A stretch of DNA of 64,000 bases from an uncultured Candidatus Bathyarchaeia archaeon (GTDB lineage: Archaea > Thermoproteota > Bathyarchaeia > Bathyarchaeales > Bathycorpusculaceae), in contig CAZTRN010000002.1 in NCBI GenBank assembly GCA_964616775.1, forward strand, positions 45,367 to 109,366, read 5' to 3'. The notes beneath the pieces were generated by a model that worked only from the letters and a program-made list of their open reading frames with translations, was not told where the DNA came from and did not search any database. The translations under genes were made by a program, and so were the position numbers. Below are positions 27,768 to 36,443 of this stretch, piece after piece; within the stretch, counting starts at the first letter, position 1, and every line of letters starts with the position of its first letter.

Positions 27768-28927
27768 AGGGTTGCGGCTGGGCGAGTGCCCAAAGTCAAG
27801 GTAACCTGTTTAGTTGCATTATCTCGCACGAAGGTCACAACTAGGTTGTCGTTGGGAAGAGTTTTTTCTTCTAAGTAGCTGGCTAAGTTGTCGTTGCTTT
27901 GGATTTTTGTGCCATTTAACGCGATGATTAAGTCGCCGTCTGCCAGTTTGCCATCTGAAGGGCCATCAGGCTCAATTAGGGTCTGTCCTGTTCCGCTGGG
28001 AATCCAAACGCCGTAAGTGATGTTGAAATTTTGCTGTTGAGCTAATTCGTAAGTCATGTCAACCACATGAATACCTAAGTAGGAGTGGCCAGAGTAACCG
28101 CCCGTGGCAATTAGAGACCCGATTTCTTTAAGAATTGTATTTGAGGGGACAGCGAAAACCAAACCTTGGGAGTTGGTGATTCTGGAGTTGGTTATCCCGA
28201 CTACGTTACCCAGAGAGTTAAGCAGGGGTCCTCCAGAACTGCCAGGGTTAATTGGGGTGCTAGTTTGAATCATGTTTGCTATCGAGAACTGGGAAGTGAA
28301 GTCAGCGGTTTCTGAGCGCCCAAGAGCACTTACCACACCAGTGGTTAAAGAACCCACAAGACCATAGGGGTTCCCGATGGCGATAACTTGGTCGCCTACT
28401 TGCAAACTTGAAGAACTAACAATGGTTAAGGGTTTCAATTCGTCTACAGGAGCATCAACTAAAAGAACAGCCAAATCTGCATACGGATCGGTGCCCAAAA
28501 CAGTTGCTAAATAGCCATTTCCGTTTGAAAAAGTTACGCTTAAACTAGTCATGTCTTCTACAACATGATAATTAGTCAATACAACCAGAGTACCAGTGTG
28601 GTTGTAGACGAAACCAGAAGCTTGCACTGTGCCGAGGTCGTTGCTTCCGTGAACCAAAACAACGGATTGGCTCACTTCCGTGTATATGTCAGTGAGAGAA
28701 GTGTTGTTTTGGTAGATGATTATGGTTTGGTTAGCTATAGTTTGGTTTTGGGCGTTAGATAATAGAGAGACACGGTTTTGCAGGTCCGTGATTTGGTCGG
28801 TTAAGTTGGCGGTTTGGCGAGTGCTTAGATAATAGATGCCTAATCCACCCACAATTAAGCCCATAACAAATAGTAAAGCAAAGAGAGTTGCAGAGGCTTT
28901 TCGCGCCTTGTTGGTTGACACGAGCAT
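27764..28927 (-). CDS. HtrA/DegP-like trypsin-type serine protease with PDZ domain, membrane anchored
   Basis: N-terminal TM. Catalytic triad contexts LTNYHVV, DLAVL and NPGSSGGPLLN. C-terminal PDZ-like segment (GDLIIALNGTKI). Confidence 0.85.
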   Translation of the reverse strand: MLVSTNKARKASATLFALLFVMGLIVGGLGIYYLSTRQTANLTDQITDLQNRVSLLSNAQNQTIANQTIIIYQNNTSLTDIYTEVSQSVVLVHGSNDLGTVQASGFVYNHTGTLVVLTNYHVVEDMTSLSVTFSNGNGYLATVLGTDPYADLAVLLVDAPVDELKPLTIVSSSSLQVGDQVIAIGNPYGLVGSLTTGVVSALGRSETADFTSQFSIANMIQTSTPINPGSSGGPLLNSLGNVVGITNSRITNSQGLVFAVPSNTILKEIGSLIATGGYSGHSYLGIHVVDMTYELAQQQNFNITYGVWIPSGTGQTLIEPDGPSDGKLADGDLIIALNGTKIQSNDNLASYLEEKTLPNDNLVVTFVRDNATKQVTLTLGTRPAATL

Positions 28928-29002
28928 TATATGTTACCTTAAGCAAGAGTGGCTAACTGGGAATAGATAAGATTATTCCCAGTTCTCTTCAAAAACAAGA
29001 AA

Positions 29003-30007
29003 TTAACAGGACCTGCGGTCGATAAGGTCTAATGCATCAGGTCCAGTTCCAATCATCACAACAGGTATACCCGTTCGAGATTCGACTTCTTTAACAAACT
29101 GTTTAGCATCTGCAGGTAAATCATCAAATTTGCGTTTACCTTGGCAACTGGGGAAAATGCAGTCAAGTTTAGTTAAGGCAGCTTGGGTAGCGCCATTTAT
29201 TCGGGCGTTTTGTTTAGCTAAATCAAAGTCAAAGGGAGCGCTACGTCGGTCGCGGCCAGTGCCTGCGGCGACTTCGAACCAGCCACGTTTTTGGGCTTCT
29301 TCTTTGGTGATTTCGCCTGGCAGAGGCCCTGCACCTACACGGGTCATGAAGCTCTTGTAAACGATAATCACGTCATCTACGCGGGTTGGACCCACACCAG
29401 CTTCGGAGGCGATTGCTGATGCACCAGTGTCGCGTCCTGTAACATAGGGATATCCACCACCTAAGAAAAGAGACAACATGAAGCCTTGGGTGCCTTCTAG
29501 GATGACTTTTTTGCCGGCATCTAAGCCGTCGTTAATTTCGGTTACGCTGTCGGCTAAGTAGGGTTTGAGTTCGGGGAGGTCTTTGGCGAGTTTTGCGGTT
29601 CGGCGTACACGTTCTTCTAAGGCAGGTCCCACACCCCAACCAGTGGTGCCTATGCCTTTGTTTACTGCGCTGGTTTTGTCGGCTATGCTGTGTTTTTCTT
29701 CAATGATGGAGGCTGCTTGGTCTACGCCTAGTCGGGTGCCGACTTGGGTTAATTCAAGTTCTTTGAACATTTGACCGACATGCACGTTTGCACCTGCAGC
29801 AATAAGCAGGCGGGTTTTTGGGTTAATGAACGCAGCTGGAACCATGTGCAGAGCGAATTTTTTGCCTTCGTGCAACACGGTGTGTGCAGCGTTAACGGAG
29901 CCAGTTCGGACACAAAAATCGATATTGTCTTTGAGGGCGAGGTAGCTGATGATTTTGCCTTTACCTTCGTCGCCCCAGAATGCGCCAACTATAACAGTGC
30001 AGGGCAT
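29003..30007 (-). CDS. purA: adenylosuccinate synthetase (short archaeal form)
   Basis: P-loop-like GAFWGDEGKGKI, GIGTTGWGVGPA and TQGFMLSL motifs. Confidence 0.9.
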   Translation of the reverse strand: MPCTVIVGAFWGDEGKGKIISYLALKDNIDFCVRTGSVNAAHTVLHEGKKFALHMVPAAFINPKTRLLIAAGANVHVGQMFKELELTQVGTRLGVDQAASIIEEKHSIADKTSAVNKGIGTTGWGVGPALEERVRRTAKLAKDLPELKPYLADSVTEINDGLDAGKKVILEGTQGFMLSLFLGGGYPYVTGRDTGASAIASEAGVGPTRVDDVIIVYKSFMTRVGAGPLPGEITKEEAQKRGWFEVAAGTGRDRRSAPFDFDLAKQNARINGATQAALTKLDCIFPSCQGKRKFDDLPADAKQFVKEVESRTGIPVVMIGTGPDALDLIDRRSC

Positions 30008-30113
30008 AACGGTTCACCCTTGTAAGGGTCAGGCAGGAATTATTTAAAACTGTTGGCAATCCATCGCGTTATGAAGTCATTATTTTGAATAAAAAGCAAG
30101 AAAAAAATAATTG

Positions 30114-30332
30114 TTATTTGAGTTGTTTTTTGTCTTCGCTCATTAGTTCAGATAGTCGGTAGGTGACGTAGGCTGAGAAGCTGCGTATGCCTTTTTTGAT
30201 TGTGTATTCGTCTTTGACTTTTAGCCATTCGTTGAAGAAGTAGTCGTAGATTTCCGACTTGACAGTGATGCTTTTGAAGCCAGGTTTTGGCGTTGATGTC
30301 CCCTCGTCCAAACGTATGTACGGAACCTTCAC
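30114..30332 (-). CDS. small ribbon-helix-helix-like protein, function unknown
   Basis: 72-aa ORF. KPGFKSITVKSEIYDYF followed by helical segments looks like an RHH strand-helix. It is paralogous in pattern to the divergent ORF ending at 30600. Confidence 0.45.
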   Translation of the reverse strand: MKVPYIRLDEGTSTPKPGFKSITVKSEIYDYFFNEWLKVKDEYTIKKGIRSFSAYVTYRLSELMSEDKKQLK

Positions 30333-30420
30333 TATTTAAGTTTTGACGTTAGTCTTGAAGCGTAAAGCGAATTTTTTTGGAATGACATGTTTGTGCGTAT
30401 CGATTGTGACGCAATAAACG

Positions 30421-30448
30421 TTTATATTACCAAAGTACCGTAAAGTAC
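30421..30448 (+). promoter_or_regulatory. TATA-like box plus phased direct repeat (candidate promoter/operator of the RHH-like ORF)
   Basis: TTTATATTA at 30421-30429 is followed by AAAGTAC twice (30432-30438, 30442-30448; 10-nt period). These lie just upstream of AAGGAGATAAAGGAGG. Confidence 0.35.
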
Positions 30449-30474
30449 GGCAAGGAGATAAAGGAGGCCCAGCT

Positions 30475-30600
30475 ACGCCCAGAAAAGGATACCGCACGAT
30501 ATGCGTAACTGACGCGGTCTACGTTTGCATCCAACAAAAAGCCAAAGCAACCAACCGCACAATACCTGAATATATTAAGTATCTTCTGGAAAAAGAATGA
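30475..30600 (+). CDS. RHH-like small ORF lacking a canonical start codon (coordinates provisional)
   Basis: The frame is open from 30418 to TGA at 30598-30600 and encodes ...PRKGYRTICVTDAVYVCIQQKAKATNRTIPEYIKYLLEKE, a strand-helix-helix pattern. GGAGG at 30463-30467 precedes it, but the frame contains no ATG/GTG/TTG. ACG at 30475 is only a guess. Confidence 0.3.
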   Translation, partial: TPRKGYRTICVTDAVYVCIQQKAKATNRTIPEYIKYLLEKE

Positions 30601-30682
30601 TAATTCAAAATAAGAAAGCCTAAGTAGCTGGTATGGATGCAGTTAGTAAAAACTAGCTTGTAAATGAACATGTCTCGAATAA

Positions 30683-30862
30683 ATGGAGAAGACGCCAGTG
30701 CCAGTAGAAGTTATCCAATCTAATGGACGGGTTTCAGAGGTCCGGCTGATATGCGATCAATGTGGAAAACTTATTGGTACCTGTGTTATGCCAAATGCCC
30801 AAGTGAAAGCTCAAAAGGTCGTAGTTTGTCAAAACTGTCGTCAAACCACAGATACACGCTAA
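30683..30862 (+). CDS. small zinc-ribbon protein (59 aa, below ORF-track cutoff)
   Basis: The ATG at 30683 opens MEKTPVPVEVIQSNGRVSEVRLICDQCGKLIGTCVMPNAQVKAQKVVVCQNCRQTTDTR, with CxxC...CxxC. It ends back-to-back with the convergent gene at 30863. Confidence 0.4.
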   Translation: MEKTPVPVEVIQSNGRVSEVRLICDQCGKLIGTCVMPNAQVKAQKVVVCQNCRQTTDTR

Positions 30863-31246
30863 CTATTGGGGTTTTCGTGTTTTTGCTTCTCGGTCAATTG
30901 TTTCTAAGATTTTAGTCACGTCTTTGCCTTTTCTGCTTTTTTCCTCGGCGGTGATTGTGGCTTGGGCACAACAAATAGAATCCACCACAATGCCAGCTTC
31001 TTCATCAAGAATAACAGGGTAAACGTGGCAGCCCACAGGTCGGAAAACGTAAATTTCGCAGCACTTCTCGGTGGGGTTGTAGAAAACGCAGTGACCCTGG
31101 CGATTGCGCAGCAAAGCGTAACCTTCGGGGTCAAACCGCACAAAACTTTCTCGGTGGTGCCCCTGCTTTTCTATGCGGGCAATGTCTGCCTCGGAAAGCA
31201 GCATATCGGTTTGTTGGCAACAAACCCCACAACGCATACAACGCAT
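30863..31246 (-). CDS. YkgJ family cysteine-cluster protein (CxxCxxCC, UPF0153)
   Basis: MRCMRCGVCCQQ N-terminus, then GHCVFY...CCEIY..RP.GCHVYP. Confidence 0.75.
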   Translation of the reverse strand: MRCMRCGVCCQQTDMLLSEADIARIEKQGHHRESFVRFDPEGYALLRNRQGHCVFYNPTEKCCEIYVFRPVGCHVYPVILDEEAGIVVDSICCAQATITAEEKSRKGKDVTKILETIDREAKTRKPQ

Positions 31247-31276
31247 AATAAAACTATTTTTTGCCCATATATCAGG

Positions 31277-31948
31277 CTATTTGCCACTATTCGGGTTCTT
31301 TACGTTGTAGGTTAGCCAAACGTAGTCGCCGCTAAAAACTTGGGTCTGCCGCAGTTCTAAAGTAACAGAGCGAGGCAAGCCACTAAATATGGTATAAGCA
31401 TTGACACCGACAATTACGGGGTGGACAAGCAAACTAACTTCGGAAACCAAGTTCTGCTGCAGTAAAACGTTGCTAAGAATTCGACCTGTATCCGCTAATA
31501 TGGTGGGGGTGGAATATTTTTCGGAGAGCAGTTTGAACGCTTGAGGCAAATCCACTTCGGTTTCGCCGACAAGGTAGTGGTCGTAGTTTCTTTCGTTTAG
31601 GTAGTTTAGGTAGTCTTGGGGTGTTTGTTTAGATACAAGTACGATTGGGTCTTTGCAGAATTCGCTTCTTCGGCAATAGTGAAGTTTTCCTTTTAGAGAG
31701 CCTTTGGTGTCAGGTATTACCCAGTAGGAAAGGGCAGCAGATTTAGTTGGTTTGTTAAAGTCGGCGTTGGTTTCTGCAGGGATGTCGCCGAACATTTCGA
31801 GTCCTGTTTTCACGGTGTTTGAGCCCACTAAGTAGAGTTGGGGCTGATATTTGCCGACGATTTCGTAATGCAATGGCAAGTTTGGTTGAAAGCCTGTTAA
31901 GGAACCATCCAAACTGATGGAGTTGTGTACAATCACCGAATACAACAA
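31277..31948 (-). CDS. RibD C-terminal domain / dihydrofolate reductase-like family reductase
   Basis: VIVHNSISLDGSLTGF...YLVGSNT...LLVHPVIVG follows the RibD_C reductase pattern. Confidence 0.65.
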   Translation of the reverse strand: MLYSVIVHNSISLDGSLTGFQPNLPLHYEIVGKYQPQLYLVGSNTVKTGLEMFGDIPAETNADFNKPTKSAALSYWVIPDTKGSLKGKLHYCRRSEFCKDPIVLVSKQTPQDYLNYLNERNYDHYLVGETEVDLPQAFKLLSEKYSTPTILADTGRILSNVLLQQNLVSEVSLLVHPVIVGVNAYTIFSGLPRSVTLELRQTQVFSGDYVWLTYNVKNPNSGK

Positions 31949-31963
31949 AACACCACTAGGCGG

Positions 31964-32209
31964 TTAAGCTAGAAGGGTCATGAGGTTTAGGAGTTCTGCC
32001 CATGCAACGTTGCGCAGGGGAATTTTGGCGGTTCTGCGGTTGCCATATGGTTTGTATTCTACGAGGTTGCTTTTACCGAAATCATTTTTGCAGATGTTGA
32101 CGAGATGAACGTTGACGATTACTGAGCCGTCTTTGAGGTGTAGGTTCACGTTTTTGCCGATGAATGATTTAGCGCTGTTTAAGCTAAAGCTTTCCATTAA
32201 AATCACCAT
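31964..32209 (-). CDS. small hypothetical protein (possibly Sm-fold-like)
   Basis: 81-aa ORF. IGKNVNLHLKDGSVIVNVHLV recalls Sm1-type strands. It is translationally coupled to the upstream 45-aa ORF by an ATGGTGA overlap. Confidence 0.45.
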   Translation of the reverse strand: MVILMESFSLNSAKSFIGKNVNLHLKDGSVIVNVHLVNICKNDFGKSNLVEYKPYGNRRTAKIPLRNVAWAELLNLMTLLA

Positions 32210-32340
32210 TCGACTTCTGATTCAGCAAGACTTGTCCAGCATTGCTTGCAAATCGGGCGGACTTCGCCGTGGACCATAATATAGAGTTTGATGTTTTCGC
32301 TGTGGCAGGTTTCTTTCCAGGGGTTTTGGCAACTTTCCAT
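32203..32340 (-). CDS. small Cys-rich (zinc-binding-like) protein, 45 aa, below ORF-track cutoff
   Basis: AAGGAGG lies 7 nt upstream of the ATG at 32340. Product: MESCQNPWKETCHSENIKLYIMVHGEVRPICKQCWTSLAESEVEW. The stop overlaps the start of 31964..32209. Confidence 0.45.
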   Translation of the reverse strand: MESCQNPWKETCHSENIKLYIMVHGEVRPICKQCWTSLAESEVEW

Positions 32341-32462
32341 TTTGGTGCCTCCTTATTCTGGTTGGGTGTTGGTGGAAGTTGCTTTTAAGCCCCGTTAACA
32401 AGCGGATACTGGAGGCAGGGGGGAGGGATCTGTTAAAGTGAACAGGGTCCACCGAAAAGTGG

Positions 32463-33107
32463 TTAGAGTTCGATGATTTCGGGCTTAATTTCTTCTTTTG
32501 TCACCTTGAGCAAGGCTACGGAGGGCTTGCAAAGAAACGGCGGTTGGGGACAAGTTGGGCTGCCGGGGTTCACAAAAAGAGTTTTACCCACCCAAACAAT
32601 GGAAGCAGTATGCGTGTGCCCATAAACAAGGACGTCAAAGCCGTTTTCAGTGGCGATTTGTTGCAGGCGACTCAAATCGGTTAAGCTGCCAGGGTCATGT
32701 ACGAGGCCGATTTTCCAAGCAAACAGCTTCAACACGTTAACTTCAGGCAGTAACTCGCCGATTTTGCCTGTGTCCATGTTTCCGCGGACCGCCAAAACGG
32801 GGGCAACTTGCTCTAACTCGTCAATAACTGACAAATTCACCAAGTCGCCGGCATGCAAAATGAAGTCGGCTTTTTCGAAGGCAGTCAACACGCCGTTAGG
32901 CAGGGTGTGGGCGCGGGTTGGAACGTGGGTATCGCTGATTAAGCCTATAATTTTGGCGGGTTCGTTTTTCGGGATTTTTGTGGGAAGCAACGTTTGGCTA
33001 TGTTCCAAATGTGGGGCCTCGGTTGCTTTCACTTGCAGGTTTGATTTTATAAAGTTTCGGTGAATTAAGCGTCCATTTGCAGACCGCGCTGCATTTTTAT
33101 CTGTCAA
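32463..33107 (-). CDS. YfcE/MJ0936-type metallophosphoesterase
   Basis: LISDTHVP, HAGDL, RGNMD, GHTH and NPGS motifs. The start is uncertain: the TTG at 33107 leaves only 29 nt to the divergent gene, and an internal GTG (33032) or TTG (32990) is equally plausible. Confidence 0.8.
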   Translation of the reverse strand: MTDKNAARSANGRLIHRNFIKSNLQVKATEAPHLEHSQTLLPTKIPKNEPAKIIGLISDTHVPTRAHTLPNGVLTAFEKADFILHAGDLVNLSVIDELEQVAPVLAVRGNMDTGKIGELLPEVNVLKLFAWKIGLVHDPGSLTDLSRLQQIATENGFDVLVYGHTHTASIVWVGKTLFVNPGSPTCPQPPFLCKPSVALLKVTKEEIKPEIIEL

Positions 33108-33136
33108 ATGTCTAAGTTACGGCGGGAAGGTTGGTC

Positions 33137-33718
33137 ATGAAAGTTGTTGCATTTAACGGGAGCGCCCGAAAAGACGGAAACACCGCTACGTATCTTAAAC
33201 GTGTCCTTGATGTTTTGGAGCAGGAGGGCATCGAAACAGAGTTAGTTCAGCTGGCGGGACAGCAAATTCAAGGTTGCACTGCTTGCCGAGTGTGCATTGA
33301 AAAGAAAAACCAACGTTGCACCAACGAAAAAGACAACGTGAACCTCTACATCCAAAAGATGGCGGAGGCAGACGGGGTTTTGTTGGGTTCGCCGACGTAT
33401 TTTGGGACGTTAACGCCTGAGTTGAAGGCGCTCATTGACAGGGCAGGCTACGTTGCCCGTGGACAGCCTGAAATGCTCCGATACAAGGTTGGTGCGGCGG
33501 TGGTTTCTGTGCGCAGAGCAGGCGGCATGACCACTTTTGATGACATAAATCACTTTTTCCTGATTAGCCAAATGATTGTTCCTGGTTCCTCGTATTGGAA
33601 CATTGGGGTGGCTCACAAGTTGGGTGATGCAGAAAAAGATGAAGAAGGGATAAAGACTATGGAGGATTTAGGTCGCAACATGGCGTGGCTTTTAAAGAAA
33701 ATAAAAGCTAACCCCTAA
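33137..33718 (+). CDS. NADPH-dependent FMN reductase / iron-sulfur flavoprotein-like
   Basis: MKVVAFNGSARKDGNT flavodoxin-like start, compact Cys motif CTACRVC...C, and GSPTYFG. Confidence 0.75.
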   Translation: MKVVAFNGSARKDGNTATYLKRVLDVLEQEGIETELVQLAGQQIQGCTACRVCIEKKNQRCTNEKDNVNLYIQKMAEADGVLLGSPTYFGTLTPELKALIDRAGYVARGQPEMLRYKVGAAVVSVRRAGGMTTFDDINHFFLISQMIVPGSSYWNIGVAHKLGDAEKDEEGIKTMEDLGRNMAWLLKKIKANP

Positions 33719-33723
33719 AGGGT

Positions 33724-35364
33724 TTAGCCGAGGATTGCTTTGAGGTCTTCGTCTGCTGTTTTTATAGGCATGATGTTGAAATTGTCAACGAGTACCTTGA
33801 GCATGTTGGGCGTCACGAACGCGGGTAGGCTTGGTCCTAGTCGGATGTTGCGTACGCCAAGATAAAGCAGCGACAACAAAATTGCCACGGCTTTTTGCTC
33901 ATACCAAGACAGAATCATCGACAGCGGCAACTCGTTTAAGTTTACGTTGAAGGCTTTTGCTAATGCCTGTGCAATCGCCACTGCAGAGTACGCGTCGTTG
34001 CATTGTCCCACATCCAGTAGTCGGGGGATTCCGCCTATATCACCGAGGTCTTTGTCAAAGAAGCGGTATTTGCCACACGCCAACGTCAAAATAACGGTGT
34101 CTTGGGGAGCTTTCTCGACAAATTCAGTGTAGTAGCTGCGTCCAGGTTTTGCACCGTCACATCCGCCAACGAGGAAGAAGTGTTTGATTTTGCCCTGTTT
34201 TACAGCATCCACCACGGCGCCAGCAACGTTTAACACGGCGTTTCGTGCAAAGCCAACCATGACGGTTTTGCCTTCAACATCGTCGGAAAAGCCAGGCATA
34301 GAGAGGGCTTTTTCGATTACGGGGGAGAAGTCTTCGTTGGGTATGTGTTTTACGCCTGGCCAACCGACTGGTCCAGAGGTGAAGATGTTGTCTTTGTAGG
34401 TTTCAGTGGGTTTTTGGATGCAGTTGGTGGTCATGAGGATGGTACCGGGAAAGTTGGGGAATTCGCGGACTTGGTTTTGCCATGCGGTGCCATAGTTGCC
34501 GTAGAGGTTGGGGTACTTTTTGAGTTCAGGGTAGCCGTGCGCGGGCAGCATTTCGCCGTGGGTGTAGATGGTTATGCCTGTGCCTTGGGTTTGTTTGAGG
34601 AGTTCTTCGAGGTCTTTTAGGTCGTGTCCGCTGACAAGGATTGCTTTACCTTTTTTGTGTCCCAGCGGAACTTTTGTGGGGGTAGGGTGACCAAAAGTTT
34701 GGGTGTTGCCTGCATCAAGCAGTTCCATGGCGCGAATGTTAACTTTCCCGCACTTCAAACAGAGCCCGATAAATGCGTTGAGGTCTAGGGCGGGGTTTTG
34801 GGTGGCGGCGAGACCTTCTTCGATGAATTGGAAAACGGAGTCATCTTTCTGGTTTAGTTTGTAAGCGTGGTATGTGTAGGCTGCAACGCCTTTGAGACCG
34901 TAAGTAAGCAGCCATTGGGCACCTTTCAAATCGGTGTCAGGTGCATCTGCGGCGTCTATGCCGTACAGTTTGCCCTGTTTCGCCATCCCATCAAGGCTGG
35001 GCTCCAACGCCAAATTCGCTGCCGCTTCCCAGTTGGTTTTTCCGCCTGCCGCTGCCACTTTGCGTTTGAGGGCTTCACGGGTTTCCATAACGGATGTGAG
35101 GTAGCGGGCTAGGTCTTCGGGGTCGAAGTTGACGTTTGTTAGGGTGGCGAAGAGGGCTTCGCTTATGAGTAGGTCGGTTTTTTCGTCTTTTACGCCGACT
35201 TTACGGGCGTCCAACATGACTTGGGATAAGCCGCGAAGCGCGTAAACAAGTAGGTCTTGAAGACGAGCGGTTTGGGGGGATTTGCCGCAAACGCCAAAAG
35301 TGGTGCAGCCTGTGCCTTTGGCGGTTTGCTCGCATTGCCAACAAAACATTTCGGTTTGACTCAT
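33724..35364 (-). CDS. hcp: hybrid-cluster protein / hydroxylamine reductase
   Basis: N-terminal MFCWQCEQTAKGTGCT..GVCGK cluster motif, and the length and downstream motifs of Hcp. Confidence 0.9.
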   Translation of the reverse strand: MSQTEMFCWQCEQTAKGTGCTTFGVCGKSPQTARLQDLLVYALRGLSQVMLDARKVGVKDEKTDLLISEALFATLTNVNFDPEDLARYLTSVMETREALKRKVAAAGGKTNWEAAANLALEPSLDGMAKQGKLYGIDAADAPDTDLKGAQWLLTYGLKGVAAYTYHAYKLNQKDDSVFQFIEEGLAATQNPALDLNAFIGLCLKCGKVNIRAMELLDAGNTQTFGHPTPTKVPLGHKKGKAILVSGHDLKDLEELLKQTQGTGITIYTHGEMLPAHGYPELKKYPNLYGNYGTAWQNQVREFPNFPGTILMTTNCIQKPTETYKDNIFTSGPVGWPGVKHIPNEDFSPVIEKALSMPGFSDDVEGKTVMVGFARNAVLNVAGAVVDAVKQGKIKHFFLVGGCDGAKPGRSYYTEFVEKAPQDTVILTLACGKYRFFDKDLGDIGGIPRLLDVGQCNDAYSAVAIAQALAKAFNVNLNELPLSMILSWYEQKAVAILLSLLYLGVRNIRLGPSLPAFVTPNMLKVLVDNFNIMPIKTADEDLKAILG

Positions 35365-35729
35365 TTAGCTCACCTTGGTTGATTATGATTGGGGTTGGGC
35401 ACAGATAGTGGTTGTCCCGTATAGGTAAGGGGTTTACAGAAACACGTTGAGACAACTACAAGAAAAAGCAGCCGCAGATAATTTAACAGTTTTGTTTAGG
35501 TCTGTCATCTGAGGTAGACCCCCCTCTATAGTTTGTGGTTGTGGTTTGGGTTGCTTTTTTGGTTCAGGTTGTGAAATGGTTTTTTCTTGCGTGCCAAAAA
35601 GGGTTTAAACGTGCAGAAAAGGGTCAAAAAGGGTCAAGTAGCATGTGTTAAGGCAAAACACAGCTACCCACACAGGGCGCTTGCCAGTTTGGGGCAAATA
35701 AGAAATAGCTGCAAGACGCATCTCTGGTT

Positions 35730-36443
35730 ATGAAACGTCTAGGCGTTATTGTTCCCTCATCAAACACCACCGTTGAAACCGAATTCTCGGCTGCCCTGCG
35801 TGGTTCCCGCATCAGCCTGCACACCGCCCGCATCCCCCTCCAAGACGTCACCGTCGAAGGACTCTCCGCCATGGAAAAAGAAACAGAAGCCGCCGCATCC
35901 TTACTTAAAGATGCCGACGTAAGTGCCGTCGTGTTCGCCTGCACCTCAGGCAGCCTCATCAAAGGCATCGGACATGACAAGGCTATCGCAGAGAAAATCG
36001 GCAAAATAGTGGAGCGCCCTGTTGTTGTCACCGCAAGCGCCGTTGTTCAGGCATTAAACGAAGTGGGGGCACACAACGTTAGCTTGGCAACGCCGTATGT
36101 GGAAGAAGTTAACAAGAAAGAAGTCAAGTTTTTGGAAGAAAGCGGCTTTGACGTAGTTAGCATGCGAGCATACAACCTAAAACGTAACCTAGACATCGGA
36201 CAGCTAACCCTAAACGACACATCGGTGCTGGCTCGAAGCGCCAACTCCACCTTCGCGGATGCCCTGTTCATCAGCTGCACCAACCTAAACACCTTCGGAG
36301 TAATCCCCGCCTTAGAAAAAGAACTGCAAAAACCAGTCATAAGCAGCAACTCCGCAACACTTTGGGCAAGCCTAAACGTGCTTAAAAGCAAATTCCGTCC
36401 CCACCTAGGCAGACTGTTTGAGGTTTTTAGGTTTCACTCTTAA
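35730..36443 (+). CDS. maleate cis-trans isomerase / Asp-Glu-hydantoin racemase family protein
   Basis: RLGVIVPSSNTTVETEF, FACTSGS and ISCTNL match the two catalytic Cys contexts of the maleate isomerase family. Confidence 0.75.
   Translation: MKRLGVIVPSSNTTVETEFSAALRGSRISLHTARIPLQDVTVEGLSAMEKETEAAASLLKDADVSAVVFACTSGSLIKGIGHDKAIAEKIGKIVERPVVVTASAVVQALNEVGAHNVSLATPYVEEVNKKEVKFLEESGFDVVSMRAYNLKRNLDIGQLTLNDTSVLARSANSTFADALFISCTNLNTFGVIPALEKELQKPVISSNSATLWASLNVLKSKFRPHLGRLFEVFRFHS

Noticed and set aside
32222-32452. The 76-aa ORF reported by the track
   Set aside because: It has a Pro/Arg/His-rich composition and no RBS. A different frame holds a strong-RBS 45-aa ORF coupled to the downstream gene.
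32463-33107. The metallophosphoesterase as a third example of a missing canonical start codon
   Set aside because: Reading the codons shows an in-frame GTG (33032) and TTG (32990) upstream of the conserved IIGLISDTH core, so an ordinary alternative start explains it.
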